From assembly GCF_009914755.1 (NCBI RefSeq), contig NC_060931.1: a stretch of DNA of 64,000 nt; one strand, written 5' to 3'. The stretch comes from the human T2T-CHM13v2.0 reference genome, Homo sapiens. The first letter of the stretch is position 1. Each line of letters opens with the position of its first letter. A model generated the notes under the pieces. That model was not told the DNA's origin and did no database searches. It saw only the letters and a list, made by a program, of their open reading frames with translations. Positions 1-20,314 of the stretch are shown here, one piece after another. The position numbers and the translations under genes were made by a program.

Positions 1-155
1 GTGCCTCACCTTTTCCTGCCTGTGTGGGATCAAGTCTCCCTCTACCTCCCCCTTGTAAGGTTACTTGTGATTGCATTCAGGGCCTGCCCAGCTAGTCCAG
101 AATAATCTCCCCATCTCAAGATCCTCAAATTAATCACACCTGCAAAGACCCTGTT
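1..155 (-). mobile_element. MLT1 LTR fragment
   Basis: AATCTCCCCATCTCAAGATCCTCAAATTAATCACACCTGCAAAGACC is typical of MLT1. Confidence 0.6.
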
Positions 156-575
156 AGCATTGACAGCTGCCTGAGGCCAGAGCCTGGTCTCCACGGGCCC
201 CCGTTCCTAGCCTATTGTAGCACTCAAATGTGCTAATGTCTGCTGAAAATGGTCTTGGATTTAAACTTCTTTGGGGATCATTATGATCTAAGTCCAGCTT
301 TGACACTGGGCAGGTTGGTGACAGTGACTATGGGAAAAGATTTTCAAAATATTTTTTATTGGGACATATTAATGTATATAAAGAAAAGTACACATTAATT
401 TATCTCAAAGGGAACAGCTGAGCAAACACCAGCTGGGTCAAGACAGAGAATATTGGCCAGGTGCAGTGGTTCACACCTGTAGTCCTAGCACTTTGGGAGG
501 CTGAGGCGGGTGGATTGCCTGAGCTCAGGAGTTGGAGACCAGCCTGGGCAACATGGTGAAACCCCGTCTCTGCTA

Positions 576-883
<308 letters not shown>

Positions 884-886
884 TTA

Positions 887-1096
<210 letters not shown>

Positions 1097-1202
1097 TTAT
1101 TACTCCACACTCCTTCTGCCCCAAAGGCAAGTGCTTTTATGATAAACACTTCTTTGCTTTTTTCTTTTTTAATCATTTTACTACCTAAGCCCACATCCCT
1201 AA

Positions 1203-1529
<327 letters not shown>

Positions 1530-1534
1530 TGAGC

Positions 1535-2210
1535 CACTGTGCCTCGTCTTGTTTTGCTATTGTTTTGTACGTTATATATAAACAAAATCATACCTTTTTG
1601 CCTAAGTTTCTTTCCCTCAATATTGTTTAACAGTTTCATCCATCGTTGCATGTGGCTGTAATCTATTCTTTTGTATAATTCGTATACTATTCCTTTGCAA
1701 GAACACCCTACAGAGTATTTCTCTGTTCTCTTGGCAATGGACATTTGAGTTGCTTCTATTTTGGGGCAACTAGGAAAATTGCTGCTCCGAACATTCTGGT
1801 ATATGTTTATTGATGCCGATGGGCACACATCTCTGTTGAGTAATACCCAGGAGCAAAATTGCATGGTCATGCAGCTCTAGATAATCTCAAACCACTTGCC
1901 AGAGTGGTCGTTCTAGTGTGTACTCCCATCAGCAGTGTGTGTGGGTTTCAGTTGTTCTACATCCTCACCAACATCTGGTGCTATTAGTCCTTTTACTTCC
2001 ATGCATCCTGAGAAGTGTGTCATGAGATCACTAGTGTTTTTCATTTGCATTTCCCTGTTTATTAATGAGATTGAACACCTTTTCAGGTGTTTGTTAGCTA
2101 TTCGGATATCCTCTGTTGTGAAATACTTTTCAAGTCCAAGGCCTATTTTTCTGTTTGTTATCTTTTTCTTGTCAATTCCTAACAGTAGCTTATATCTTCT
2201 GAAAATGAGT
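1535..2210 (-). mobile_element. Old L1M fragment
   Basis: Antisense L1 ORF2-end motifs (CATCCATCGTTGCATGTGG, CATCCTCACCAACA, CATTTGCATTTCCCTG). Confidence 0.65.
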
Positions 2211-2212
2211 CT

Positions 2213-2950
<738 letters not shown>

Positions 2951-3031
2951 GGCCCCAGCCCTTTGTCAGTTACATATGTTGCAAACATCATCTTCCACCC
3001 TGTGGAGTAACTTTTCCCTCTCTCTTCTTAA

Positions 3032-3292
<261 letters not shown>

Positions 3293-3721
3293 TGAACCCC
3301 TGACCTCATGATCCACCCGCCTTGGCCTCCCAAAGTGCTGGGGTTACAGGCATGAGCCACCACGCCTGGCCTTTTATGTTTTATTTTTTATAGATAGGGT
3401 CCAACTCTGTCACCCAGGCTGGAGTGCAATAGTGCCATCCTAGCTTACAGCAGCTTCGAACTCCTGGGCTGAAGCAATCCTCCTGCCTCAATCTTCCAAG
3501 TAGCTGGGACGACAGGCACATTCCAACATGTCCAGTTAGGTTGTTTTGTTTTGTTTTTTGAGACAGAGTCTTGATCTGTGACCCAGGCTGGGGTACAGTG
3601 GCCCAATCTTGCTTCACTGCAACCTCCACCTCCTAGGTTCAACGATTCTCATGCCTCAGCCTCCCAAGTAGCTGGGATTACAGGCACGTGCCACTACGCC
3701 CAGCTAATTTTTATATTATGA

Positions 3722-3862
<141 letters not shown>

Positions 3863-4406
3863 TAGAGATGGGGTCTTGCTGTATTGCCCAGGCTGGTCTT
3901 GAATTCCTGGGCTCAAGTGATCCTCTTGCCTCGGCTTCCCAAACCACTGGGTTTACAGGCATGAACCACTATACCCAGCCTTTTCGTCTCTTGATGGTGT
4001 ATTGTGATGAACAGACACTCTTAATTTTAATATATTTCAATCTATTGATCTTTTCTTTAATAATGATTGCTTCCTGTGTCCTATTTAGGAAATTTTTTCT
4101 TAATTGAAATCATCAAGATTATATTACCTTTTAAAGTTTAATTGATTGATTATTATCATTACTCTGCCTTTTACATTTAGATCTACCTGTAATTGATTTT
4201 TTGTGTATGGTGAAAGGTATGGGTCCAAAATTTTTCTGTATAAAGATCTAATTGTCTCAGTACCATTTACTAAAAAGGCAACCTTAGCCAGGCACAGTGG
4301 CTCACGCCTGTGATCCCAACACTTTGGGAGGCTGAGGTGGGCTGATCACCTAAAGTCAGGAGTTCAAGACCAGCCTGGCCAACATGGTAAAACCCCATCT
4401 CTACTA

Positions 4407-4673
<267 letters not shown>

Positions 4674-4987
4674 CTAGTCCATTCATGCTCTTGGGAGTGA
4701 AAATATCCTCAATATTACAGTGGTTTATGGCCCTCCAAAGGGCCATACACAGTACATCTGTGGTATTACATTTTCATAGGCCAAGATCACTCCACTGCAC
4801 TCCAGCCTGGGCAACAAAGTGAGACCCCATCACCAAATAAAAAAAAATTAGCCATGGGTGGTGGTGCATGTCTGTAGTCCTAGTGATTTGAGAGGCTGAC
4901 TGCATGAGCCTAGAACGTTAACGCTGCAGTGAGCTATGATCATGCTACTGCACTCCAGCCCAGGTGGCAGGACAAGACCCTGTCTCA

Positions 4988-5398
<411 letters not shown>

Positions 5399-5419
5399 TC
5401 ATCTGAGGTCGGGAGTTCA

Positions 5420-5611
<192 letters not shown>

Positions 5612-6052
5612 CTACATTTCAAAAAAAAAAAAACACAAATGTTGGTCCATGCATACTATGGAATACTACTCAGCAATAAAAACTACTAGTGGTATACAGA
5701 AAACAAACTACTGATTTATACAACAACTTGAATGGATCTCAGAGGAATTATGCTGAGTGAAAAAAGACAATCTCAAAAGGTTACATATATGAATCCATTT
5801 ATATAATATTCTGGAACTAGAATAGATTGGTGGTTAGCAGGGGCGGAGGACCGGGGGTGGTGAGAGTTATAAAGGAATAGCATGAAAGAGAGCTTTGTGA
5901 GAATAGAACTGTTCAGTGCTTTGACTGTGGTGGTGATTGAAGGAATCTACGCATGTGATCAAATTGTGTATAATTACAAACATACACACAAATAAGTGCT
6001 TGGGACATTTATTCATTTCATGACAAGAAACTTTTTTTTCCTTTTTTTTTAA

Positions 6053-6157
<105 letters not shown>

Positions 6158-6355
6158 TGAGTAGCTGGGATTACAGGCGCGTGCCACCATACCCAGCTAA
6201 TTTTTTGTGTTTTTAGTAGAGACGGGGTTTCACCATGTTGGCTGGGATGGTCTCAAATTCCTGACCTCAGGTGATCCACCCGCCTCGGCTTCCCACAGTG
6301 CAGGGATTGCAGGCGTGAGCCACTGTGCCTGGCTGATAATTTTTTTTTTTTTTGA

Positions 6356-6514
<159 letters not shown>

Positions 6515-6759
6515 TAGTAGAAATGGGGTTTCGCCATGTTGGCCAGGCTGGTCTCGAACTCCTGACCTCAGGTTATCCACCCACCTCGGCTTCCCAAAGT
6601 GCAGGGATTACAGGCATGAGCCACCAAGCCTGGCCTCATGACAGGAAATCTGATTAAAGTCTGTGGATAGCACCAATGTCAATTTCCTGGTATTGATAAT
6701 GTGCTATAGTTATACAAGATATTACCATTGGGGGAAACAGGGTGAAGGGTAAACTGGAC

Positions 6760-6765
6760 CTCTCC

Positions 6766-6801
<36 letters not shown>

Positions 6802-6818
6802 GTGTGTGTGTGTATATA

Positions 6819-6857
<39 letters not shown>

Positions 6858-6876
6858 CTATATATATACATATATA
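6760..6876. repeat. Compound (CT)n(AT)n(GT)n(AT)n microsatellite
   Basis: Read directly. Confidence 0.9.
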
Positions 6877-7135
6877 ATGACTTCCCATATATCTATAATT
6901 GTTTCAAAATAAAAGGTTTAAACATGTTTTATGGAAGAAGGGGGAATTATGGAAAAAAATATCTACAGAGGCTCTTGTGGGGACAGGAATGAAAACCAGG
7001 TTGAGAAACAATAGTCTAGCTTGTCTTAATTACTACAGTTTTGTAATAAATCTTGATGTCTGGTAGAAGAAATCCTGTGGGAAAGTAATTTTATCTTTAG
7101 ATTCCTGCCTCAGGGAAATCAAAGGCAAACTTTTA

Positions 7136-7489
<354 letters not shown>

Positions 7490-7729
7490 TTATGCACCTC
7501 CAATCCAGCAAATCCTGATCACAGTCTACTCAGCTAAATGAGCTCCATCTCACACAGCATCCAACACTCTGCTGTTTGAGGGGGAGAAAAAGAGAGTAAA
7601 AAGAGGAGCAAGGGCCGGGTGCAGTGGCTCATGCCTATAATCCCAGCACTTTCGGAGGCCGAAGCAGGCGATCACCTGAGGTCAGGAGTACAAGACCAGC
7701 CTGGTCAATATGGCAAAACACCTTCTCTA

Positions 7730-7891
<162 letters not shown>

Positions 7892-8052
7892 TCAAAAAAA
7901 AAAAAAGAAACAAAAAAATGTGCCCTCAATGACCATTTGTGAATGAATGCATGCATGCCTATTGAAGAACTAAAATGTTACTTGTAAAGTTCATTTTGAA
8001 AGAAACCAGATTAAGTTACTCAATGGAATATCGGCTTATCTTTTCCTTCCAG

Positions 8053-8321
8053 GAAATAAATGTGACCTCTGGGAAAAGCGGCACGTCCTGTTCGAGGATG
8101 CCTGCACACTGGCTGAGAAGTACGGCCTCCTGGCCGTTTTGGAGACATCTGCCAAGGAGTCAAAGAACATAGAAGAAGTCTTCGTGCTCATGGCCAAGGA
8201 GCTGATCGCGCGCAACAGCCTGCACCTATATGGGGAGAGTGCCCTGAACGGCCTCCCCCTGGACTCCAGCCCCGTTCTTATGGCCCAGGGTCCAAGTGAA
8301 AAGACCCACTGCACTTGCTAA
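8053..8321 (+). CDS. RAB19: RAB19 small GTPase, last coding exon (upstream exons lie outside the window)
   Basis: Polypyrimidine tract and AG at 8051-8052. Translates (G)[43 protein letters not shown]...SEKTHCTC*, with Rab G4 (NKxD), G5 (ETSAK) and a C-terminal CXC geranylgeranylation motif. TAA at 8319-8321. Confidence 0.96.
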
Positions 8322-10140
<1,819 letters not shown>

Positions 10141-10394
10141 TCAAGCCAGTGTTGTACTGCCCCTTCTGTAAGATATGGCCAGAGAGCAGCTGGTGCCTTC
10201 TGGGATGGAGTAACTGCGGCTTTCAGAACTAAACACGTAAGAGGAGGCTGGAAGTCACCAGGCACCCCTCGTTTCCAGGACTGTGTTAGGGGACATCAGG
10301 GCAGGCAGCAGGAGCAGGCCACGGAGCCCCTCCAGGGTCCCAGGGAACTGTGGACACTCACCTGGGGCTTCCGGAGGACAAACACCACTTATGA

Positions 10395-11078
<684 letters not shown>

Positions 11079-11137
11079 TAATAGAGACGGGGTTTCACCG
11101 TGTTAGCCAGGATGGTCTCGATCTCCTGACTTTGTGA

Positions 11138-11554
<417 letters not shown>

Positions 11555-12753
11555 TGAGAGGAAGGCAGTCTTTAGGGCTCTTTCCCTGGACTGGTCTTCT
11601 CCTTGGCCTTAAGTTATTCTCCTGCTCCTTTATACATTTCTTGGTCTGCAAGGAGTCCTTAGGTAGGAGCCAGAATTTAAATTCTGACCTTCGGAATATA
11701 TCCATAAACTAAGCCAACCACAGAGAAGAAGAGCAAAGCTAGGAGACCTACGAAGCACAAGCCTCCTCCCGGTTCTCCACCATCATCAGGAAGCACTCTT
11801 AATTTTTCTCAGTTAAGGTGCCTTTTAGAAATTTCTTGTCTTGCGACAGAGTTTTCATTCTTTGTTGATTAGTCTATTCTTGAGGAATGGATCCATCAAT
11901 CTGTTCAGTGTGTGTCCCAGAGCCGACTCAGGGCGGGCACCGATCAAGATGAACAGCCTGCCGAGCCTCCTGTGGGGGCTAGCCCTCTCCTGTTCTGAGG
12001 AGCAGCCACGCAGCCTCCCCTGAAAGCAAACCTCGCCCTCTTTCCCCTCCTCCTTCACCCCCAGGAGGAGATCTCAGGTCAGAGACCAATGGCAGCCTGG
12101 AGTACTAGTGTTCCCTGACACATCCGTATTTTGATGGGAATCAAACACACAAACCTAGAGATAAAGCTGTAAGGTTGGAACTGTAGCCAGGACTTCAGCT
12201 CGCAGGATCACAGGAAAAGAAAGGCATCTAGAGAGAAGGTGGCCTTCTGGGAACCCCTAAGATCACCGCTGGGACAGCCATCGTCCTGGTGTGGGACATC
12301 CCCACTGGGAGATTGTTTTTCTATTCACAAGTATCCTCCACTCCAGGCCTCCCAGACAGGTGTTGAAGGGATGGAGATGGCTGCTTGGTGCCGGGTGGAG
12401 GGAGGGCTCTAAGGCTGGCTTTGGGAGGAGAGAGCTCCACACAAAGACACCAGCTGCCTGAGCAGCTCCCCTAAACAAGCTGCACCCCAGAGGAGTCATG
12501 TGAGTCCCTCATTTTTGCTGGAGTGTCTGCCCTTCCTCACAGAACCCTCCTCTCCTCACTTTGTTCACAAAGGGCAAGCTCTGAGACCAGCTGCCAAACC
12601 CTGGCTTCCACAGTCCAGTTAAGAATTTGCATTAGGCCGGGTTACCTGAGGTCAAGAGTTTGAGACCAGCCTGGCCAACATGGTGAAACCCCATCTCTAC
12701 CAAAAATACAAAAATTCGCCGGGTGTGTTGGCGTATGCCTGTAATCCCAGCTA

Positions 12754-12861
<108 letters not shown>

Positions 12862-13106
12862 TCAAAAATAAATAAATAAATAAACAAATAAGAATTTGCA
12901 CTAAAGTTCCGAGAGGTACGGCAGCCATATCCACAGGTCCTTCCTCACTCAATCAACTGTCTCTACCAGGACACCTTCTACCAGAAAGTGTCCAACTTCT
13001 GCCAGTTTCCTAGGTCTGTCACCAATATAGTGGCCTCCTGTGTTTGGGGGCAGGTACTTGGCAGCGTGTGTGCATGTGCCCAGCCCCACTCAGTCAACAA
13101 GCCAAG

Positions 13107-14577
13107 AGCGACAAGAGTGTGCCATTGTCCCTCTCCCTCTCCCTCTCCCCACAGTCTCCCTCTCCCTCTCTTGCCACGGTCTCCCTCTGATGCCGAGCCG
13201 AAGCTGGACTGTGCTGCTGCCATCTCGGCTCACTGCAACCTCCCTGCCTGATTCTCCTGCCTCAGCCTGCCGAGTGCCTGCGATTGCAGGCGCGCACCGC
13301 CACGCCTGACTGGTTTTCGTATTTTTTTGGTGGAGACGGGGTTTCGCTGTGTTGGCTGGGCTGGTCTCCAGCTCCTAACCGCGAGTGATCCGCCAGCCTC
13401 GGCCTCCCGAGGTGCCGGGATGGCAGACGGAGTTGCGTTCACTCAGTGCTCAATGGTGCCCAGGCTGGAGTGCAGTGGCGTGATCTCGGCTCGCTACAAC
13501 CTCCACCTCCCAGCTGCCTGCCTTGGCCTCCCAAAGTGCCGAGATTGCAGCCTCTGCCCGGCCGCCACCCCGTCTGGGAAGTGAGGAGCGTCTCTGCCTG
13601 GCCGCCCATCGTCTGGGATGTGAGGAGCCTCTCTGCCTGGCTGCCCAGTCTGGAAAGTGAGGAGCGTCTCTGCCCGGCCGCCATCCCATCTAGGAAGTGA
13701 GGAGCGTCTCTGCCCGGCCGCCCATCATCTGAGATGTGGGGAGCACCTCTGCCCTGCCGCCCCATCTGGGATGTGAGGAGCGTCTCTGCCTGGCCGCCCC
13801 GTCTGAGAAGTGAGGAGACCCTCTGCCTGGCAACCGCCCCATCTGAGAAGTGAGAAGCCCCTCCGCCCGGCAGCCACCCCGTCTGAGAAGTGAGGAGCCC
13901 CTCCGCCCGGCAGCCACCCCGTCCGGGAGGGAGGTGGGGGTCAGCCCCCCGCCCGGCCAGCTGCCCCGTCCGGGAGGTGAGGGGCGCCTCTGCCCGGCCG
14001 CCCCTACTGGGAAGTGAGGAGCCCCTCTGCCCGGCCACCACCCCGTCTGGGAGGTGTACTCAACAGCTCATTGAGAACAGGCCATGATGACAATGGCGGT
14101 TTTGTGGAATAGAAAGGGGGGAAAGGTGGGGAAAAGATTGAGAAATTGGATGGTTGCCGTGTCTGTGTAGAAAGAAGTAGACATGGGAGACTTTTCATTT
14201 TGTTCTGTACTAAGAAAAATTCTTCTGCCTTGGGATCCTGTTGATCTGTGACCTTACCCCCAACCCTGTGCTCTCTGAAACATGTGCTGTGTCCACTCAG
14301 GGTTGAATGGATTAAGGGTGGTGCAAGATGTGCTTTGTTAAACAGATGCTTGAAGGCAGCATGCTCCTTAAGAGTCATCGCCACTCCCTAATCTCAAGTA
14401 CCCAGGGACACAAACACTTCGGAAGGCCGCAGGGTCCTCTGCCTAGGAAAACCAGAGACCTTTGTTCACTTGTTTATCTGCTGACCTTCCCTCCACTATT
14501 GTCCTATGACCCTGCCAAATCCCCCTCTGCGAGAAACACCCAAGAATGATCAATTAAAAAAAAAAAACAAAAAAAAA
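13107..14577 (+). mobile_element. Full-length SVA retrotransposon (probably C/D-like)
   Basis: CCCTCT hexamers from 13129, antisense Alu-like domain, GC-rich VNTR about 13545-14060, SINE-R, poly(A) 14556-14577. TSD AACAAGCCAAG at 13096-13106 and 14578-14588. Confidence 0.95.
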
Positions 14578-14756
14578 AACAAGCCAAGGCAGGGGCCCAC
14601 AGCTCTCTGTGACCCACCTGGGCAGACCTGGCCCGTGATAGAAGGAGAGGGTGATGGTATGAGACTCAAACCCCTGGGCTTGGGCACTACGTATCCTTGG
14701 ACAAGTCACACACCTCTATGAATTCCCTTTGCTCAAGCATATGATGCAGTTGCTTA

Positions 14757-15363
<607 letters not shown>

Positions 15364-16803
15364 TCACATTACCTGAAAATGCACATGTCAAAGCACTGTC
15401 CTCACAAGAAGCGATGGTAAAGGACTTCATTGTCCATCCATGGAGCAAACAGCCCTGAACTACCAACACCCAGCCTCACAGAGCCCCTGTGGCTGGTGCC
15501 TGCCCCTCAGCCTGCCCAGGGAAGAGTTATGGTGGGGGATGTGAAGTTCTGGGGTGGTGTCTCTTCAGAAAGACGGTTTGCAAAACCCTTCCTGCCACTA
15601 TTCCAAGCCCTGTGCCCTTCAGCTCCAGAAAGAACCTTTTTACAGCTTCTTGGTGCCAGCATGTTCTGACAAACGCCATTTCTAGAATAATTTCCTAACA
15701 GGTTCCAAGATCAAATCACACATGGGTAATGCAGCAAAATTTCCAGGGCATAGGAACAGAGAGATCAGGGAGATATGAAATTGACTGGGTGTTGGAGGGA
15801 GGCTGTGTGTCACTCATGATGAGGAATCCTGGAGAGGCCTCGGGTTGCCTGGCCCACAGCAGAGGCCAAGGTAGTGCTCCTTAGGTTCTCTGGACTATCT
15901 TTTTTCTTCCTTCCTTTCTTTCTTTCTTTTTTTAGAGATATGGTCTCACTCTGCCACCCAATCTGGAGTGCAGTGACACAATCACAGCTCCCTGTAGCCT
16001 TGACCTCCCAGGCTCAAGTGATCCTCCCACCTCAGCCCCCTGAATAGCTAGCTGAGACTACAGGCTTGCACTACCATACCCGGCTCATTTTTGTATTGTT
16101 TGTAAAGATGGGGTCTTGTGGCTGGGCGTGGTGGCTCACGCCCATAATCCCAGCACTTTGGGAGGCCGAGGTGGGCAGATCACGAGGTCAGGAGTTAGAG
16201 ACCAGCCTGGCCAACATAGGGAAACCCTGTCTCTATTAAAAATACAAAAATTAGCCGGGCATGGTGGTGCACACCTACAGCTACTCAGGAGGCTGAGGCA
16301 GGAGAATTGCTTGAACCTGGGAGGAGGAGGTTGTGGTGAGCTGAGATTGAGCCACTGCACTCCAGCCTGGGCAACTGAGTGAGATTCCATCTCAAAAAAA
16401 AAAAAAAAAAAAAGATGGAGTCTTGCTATGTTGCCCAGGCTGGTCTCAAACTTCTAGGCTCAAGCAATTCTCCCGCCTCAGCCTTCCAAAGTTCTGGGAT
16501 TACAGGTGTGAGCCACCACACTGGGCCCCTGGACTATCTTCTCACTTGGTCATGGGTGAAGCCTCTGGGGAAAGTGGTCTCCATTATGAACCCCAGGAAA
16601 GTGAGAAGAGTAAGATGACATTTGCCCGCCCAGCTCAGACCTACTAAAACCTGCAGAAGGGTTGGGGTGAAGAGCAGGGTTCAAACAACTTCAGTACAGA
16701 AAACCCTCCTACATTTCTTGATGAATCCACTGACCAAGATGTAATCTTCAAAGAAAACTCCCTCTTTGGAGAGACTCCTACCTTATTCCATTTAAAAATT
16801 CTA

Positions 16804-17109
16804 GGCCGGGCGCGGTGGCTCACGCCTGTAATCCCAGCACTTTGGGAGGCCGAGGCGGGTGGATCATGAGGTCAGGAGATCGAGACCATCCTGGCTAACA
16901 CAGTGAAACCCCGTCTCTACTAAAAATACAAAAAATTAGCTGGGCGAGGTAGCGGGCGCCTGTAGTCCCAGCTACTCGGGAGGCTGAGGCAGGAGAATGG
17001 CGTGAACCCCGGGGGGCGGAGCCTGCAGTGAGCCGAGATCGCGCCACTGCACTCCAGCCTGGGCGACAGGGAGACTCCGTCTCAAAAAAAATAAAAAAAT
17101 AAATAAAAA
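16804..17109 (+). mobile_element. Young AluY (AluYe5-like)
   Basis: GGGCGAGGT, AACCCCGGGGGGCGGAGCCTG and a 2-nt deletion before GAGACTCC. TSD TAAAAATTCTA at 16793-16803 and 17110-17120. Confidence 0.7.
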
Positions 17110-17349
17110 TAAAAATTCTAGGGGCCAGGTGCAGTGGCTCATGTCTGTAATCCTGGCACTTTGGGAGGCCAAGGCAGACGGATCACTTGAGGAGTTCAAG
17201 ACCAGCCTGGCCAACATGGTGAAACCCCATCTCTACTAAAAATACAAAAATTACCCAGGCGTGGTGGTGCATTGCCCAGGCTAGTCTTGAACTCCTGGAC
17301 TCAAGGGATCCTCCTGCCTCAGCCTCCTGCGTAGCTGAGATTACAGGTA

Positions 17350-17991
17350 CTAAAGTTGGTGGCTCAAACTCCTCTGGGCTGGGGGTGGGCAGAGGTGAAC
17401 AGGGAAGCGGTTTGGGAGAGGCAGATATGGGTGTGGGCCTGGGTTCTTGCTGACCGAGGGAGTTGGGAGGGCGGCCTGGGCCTCAGGCTGGGTGGCTGCG
17501 GCTGTGCTGGCGCCGTGCCCAGCTCACCAGGTCCCTGCTCGGGAGCCACAGCGGGATCCATCTCCGAGCCCCTTCCACGGAGTTGCTTGCCTGGAAGAAG
17601 TTCCTGCTGATGTGGGCGCTGAAATCTCCCTGTATGGTCCCGGGGCGCGGGACCACACTGGACCCTTCGCAGGCCTTGGGTAGCAGGGCTTCCCCCGCGG
17701 GCCCTCGCGGGCCCTCGCGGTGCCCGGCAAGGACGCGCTGTGCGCCTGCGTCCTTCCCCACCAGCGTGAAGCCACCTCTCAAAGCGCTGGATCCCGTCCC
17801 CCACGAGCCGCCGCTGTGCCCCATCTGGCTTCACCACGATGAGGGTCCGCTCCAGGGTCCAGGAGGGCCCTCCTGAGCTAGGGCGCACGAAGGCTTGGCC
17901 TGGGGCCCACAGGCCGCAGCGAAACCCGCAGCGCAACGCGCCCGGAGGAGCCGCCTGTGACGCCCGGTCCGCGGGCCGCCGGCTGAGCGCT
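17350..17991 (-). pseudogene. Processed pseudogene of NME4 (mitochondrial nucleoside diphosphate kinase)
   Basis: Intronless. Frames give [39 protein letters not shown] and [26 protein letters not shown]...HSRSHPA*, matching NME4 from recall. Start codon mutated to ACA (17956-17958), frameshifts, two internal deletions, catalytic His codon now CAG (17591-17593). 5'UTR and part of the 3'UTR are retained. Confidence 0.9.
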
Positions 17992-18959
17992 ATTATCAGT
18001 TAATTCTACAACATCACAACATGCAGCTTGGAGCAGCCAGCCACCCTGTAGTCCCATTTCTCGCAGGCTCGTGCAGCAGCGTGTCATTGGCATTCTTCTC
18101 TTTGGGGTCTATGTGTGTGTGCGTGTGTGTGTGTTAACAGTGCCTCAGGCCAGGCGCGATGGCTCATGCCAGTAATCCCACTTTGGGAGGCCGAGGCGGG
18201 AGGATCGCTTGAGCTCATCAGCCTGGGCAATATAGAGAGAAAACCCCCATCTCTACAGAAAAGTTTTTTTAATTAGTCAGGCCTGGTTGTGGGAGTCTGT
18301 GGTCCTAGCTAATTGGAAGGCTGAGGTGGGAGGATCGCTTTAGCCTGGGAGGCGAAGGTTGCAGTGAGCCCAGATCTGCAACTGCACTCCAGCCTGGGTG
18401 ACTGAGCCAGACCCTGTCTTAAATAAATAAATAAATAAATAAAAATAAATAACAGGATCTTGCTAGGTTGCCCAGGCTCAACTAGGTTGCTCAAACTCCT
18501 GGGCTCAATCAATCCTCCAGCCTCAGCCTCACGAGTAGCAGTAGCTGGGATCGCAGGTGGCACCAGGGCACCCGGCTTTAGCACCACAATGTACTCCTAT
18601 GCTTCTCAGGCTGTTGGAATGAGGTGGTTTAAGACGAGGTTCTTCTTCAGCAGGATGAGGTTCTTTATGTAGTCACACAAGAAACTTGTGATGAAAGAGC
18701 TGGGAACCTGGGTGGCCATCATTAATTCTCTTTGATCACTATTTATAATATAATGCCAACTTGGCTTATATTAGCCAGCACTTCATCTTTGGATTTCTTC
18801 ATTTCCCTGGCTTTTATGCAGCAACTCCCCGACCCCCACCCATGCACGCAAACATCCTTCTAGTTCCCCAGCCCCTCAGTGCCTTCTGCTGCCATGGACT
18901 GCAGAGTTTCCAAGCTTTTTCCCTTCCTGACTGTATTCTAGATACCTAGTGAGATGTGA

Positions 18960-19355
<396 letters not shown>

Positions 19356-19470
19356 TGAATGTCTACCCATCACCCACATACCTAGATTTGAATTTTGTTA
19401 TAATTTTCCCATATTTGATATATAGTAGATATCACACTTCAGCCCCCCAAATTTTAACATGCATTTCCTA

Positions 19471-19656
<186 letters not shown>

Positions 19657-19730
19657 TTAAAAAAGAATATTCTCCTAAATACAATGATCACATCCAAGGA
19701 AATTTACAGTGATTCACTAATACCATCTAA

Positions 19731-19937
<207 letters not shown>

Positions 19938-20071
19938 TAGTAGGGATGGGTTTTCTCTATGTTGGTCAGGCTGGTCTCGAACTCCTGACCTTGTGATCCA
20001 CCCACCTTGGCCTCCCAAAGTGCTGGGATTATAGGAGTGAGCCACTGTGTCCGGCTTACATTTTTGTATTA

Positions 20072-20314
<243 letters not shown>

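Noticed and set aside
10356-10364. Perfect CAG|GTGAGT donor on the minus strand (another on + at 31201-31209)
   Set aside because: No matching acceptor or exon identified; isolated 9-mers are expected by chance at this scale.
13040-14549. Overlapping ORFs up to 200 aa
   Set aside because: SVA Alu-like, VNTR and SINE-R sequence; GC-rich and stop-poor.
17364-17936. 190-aa ORF as a functional NDP kinase
   Set aside because: Starts at TTG, leaves the NME4 frame after QRFER, and has no catalytic His.
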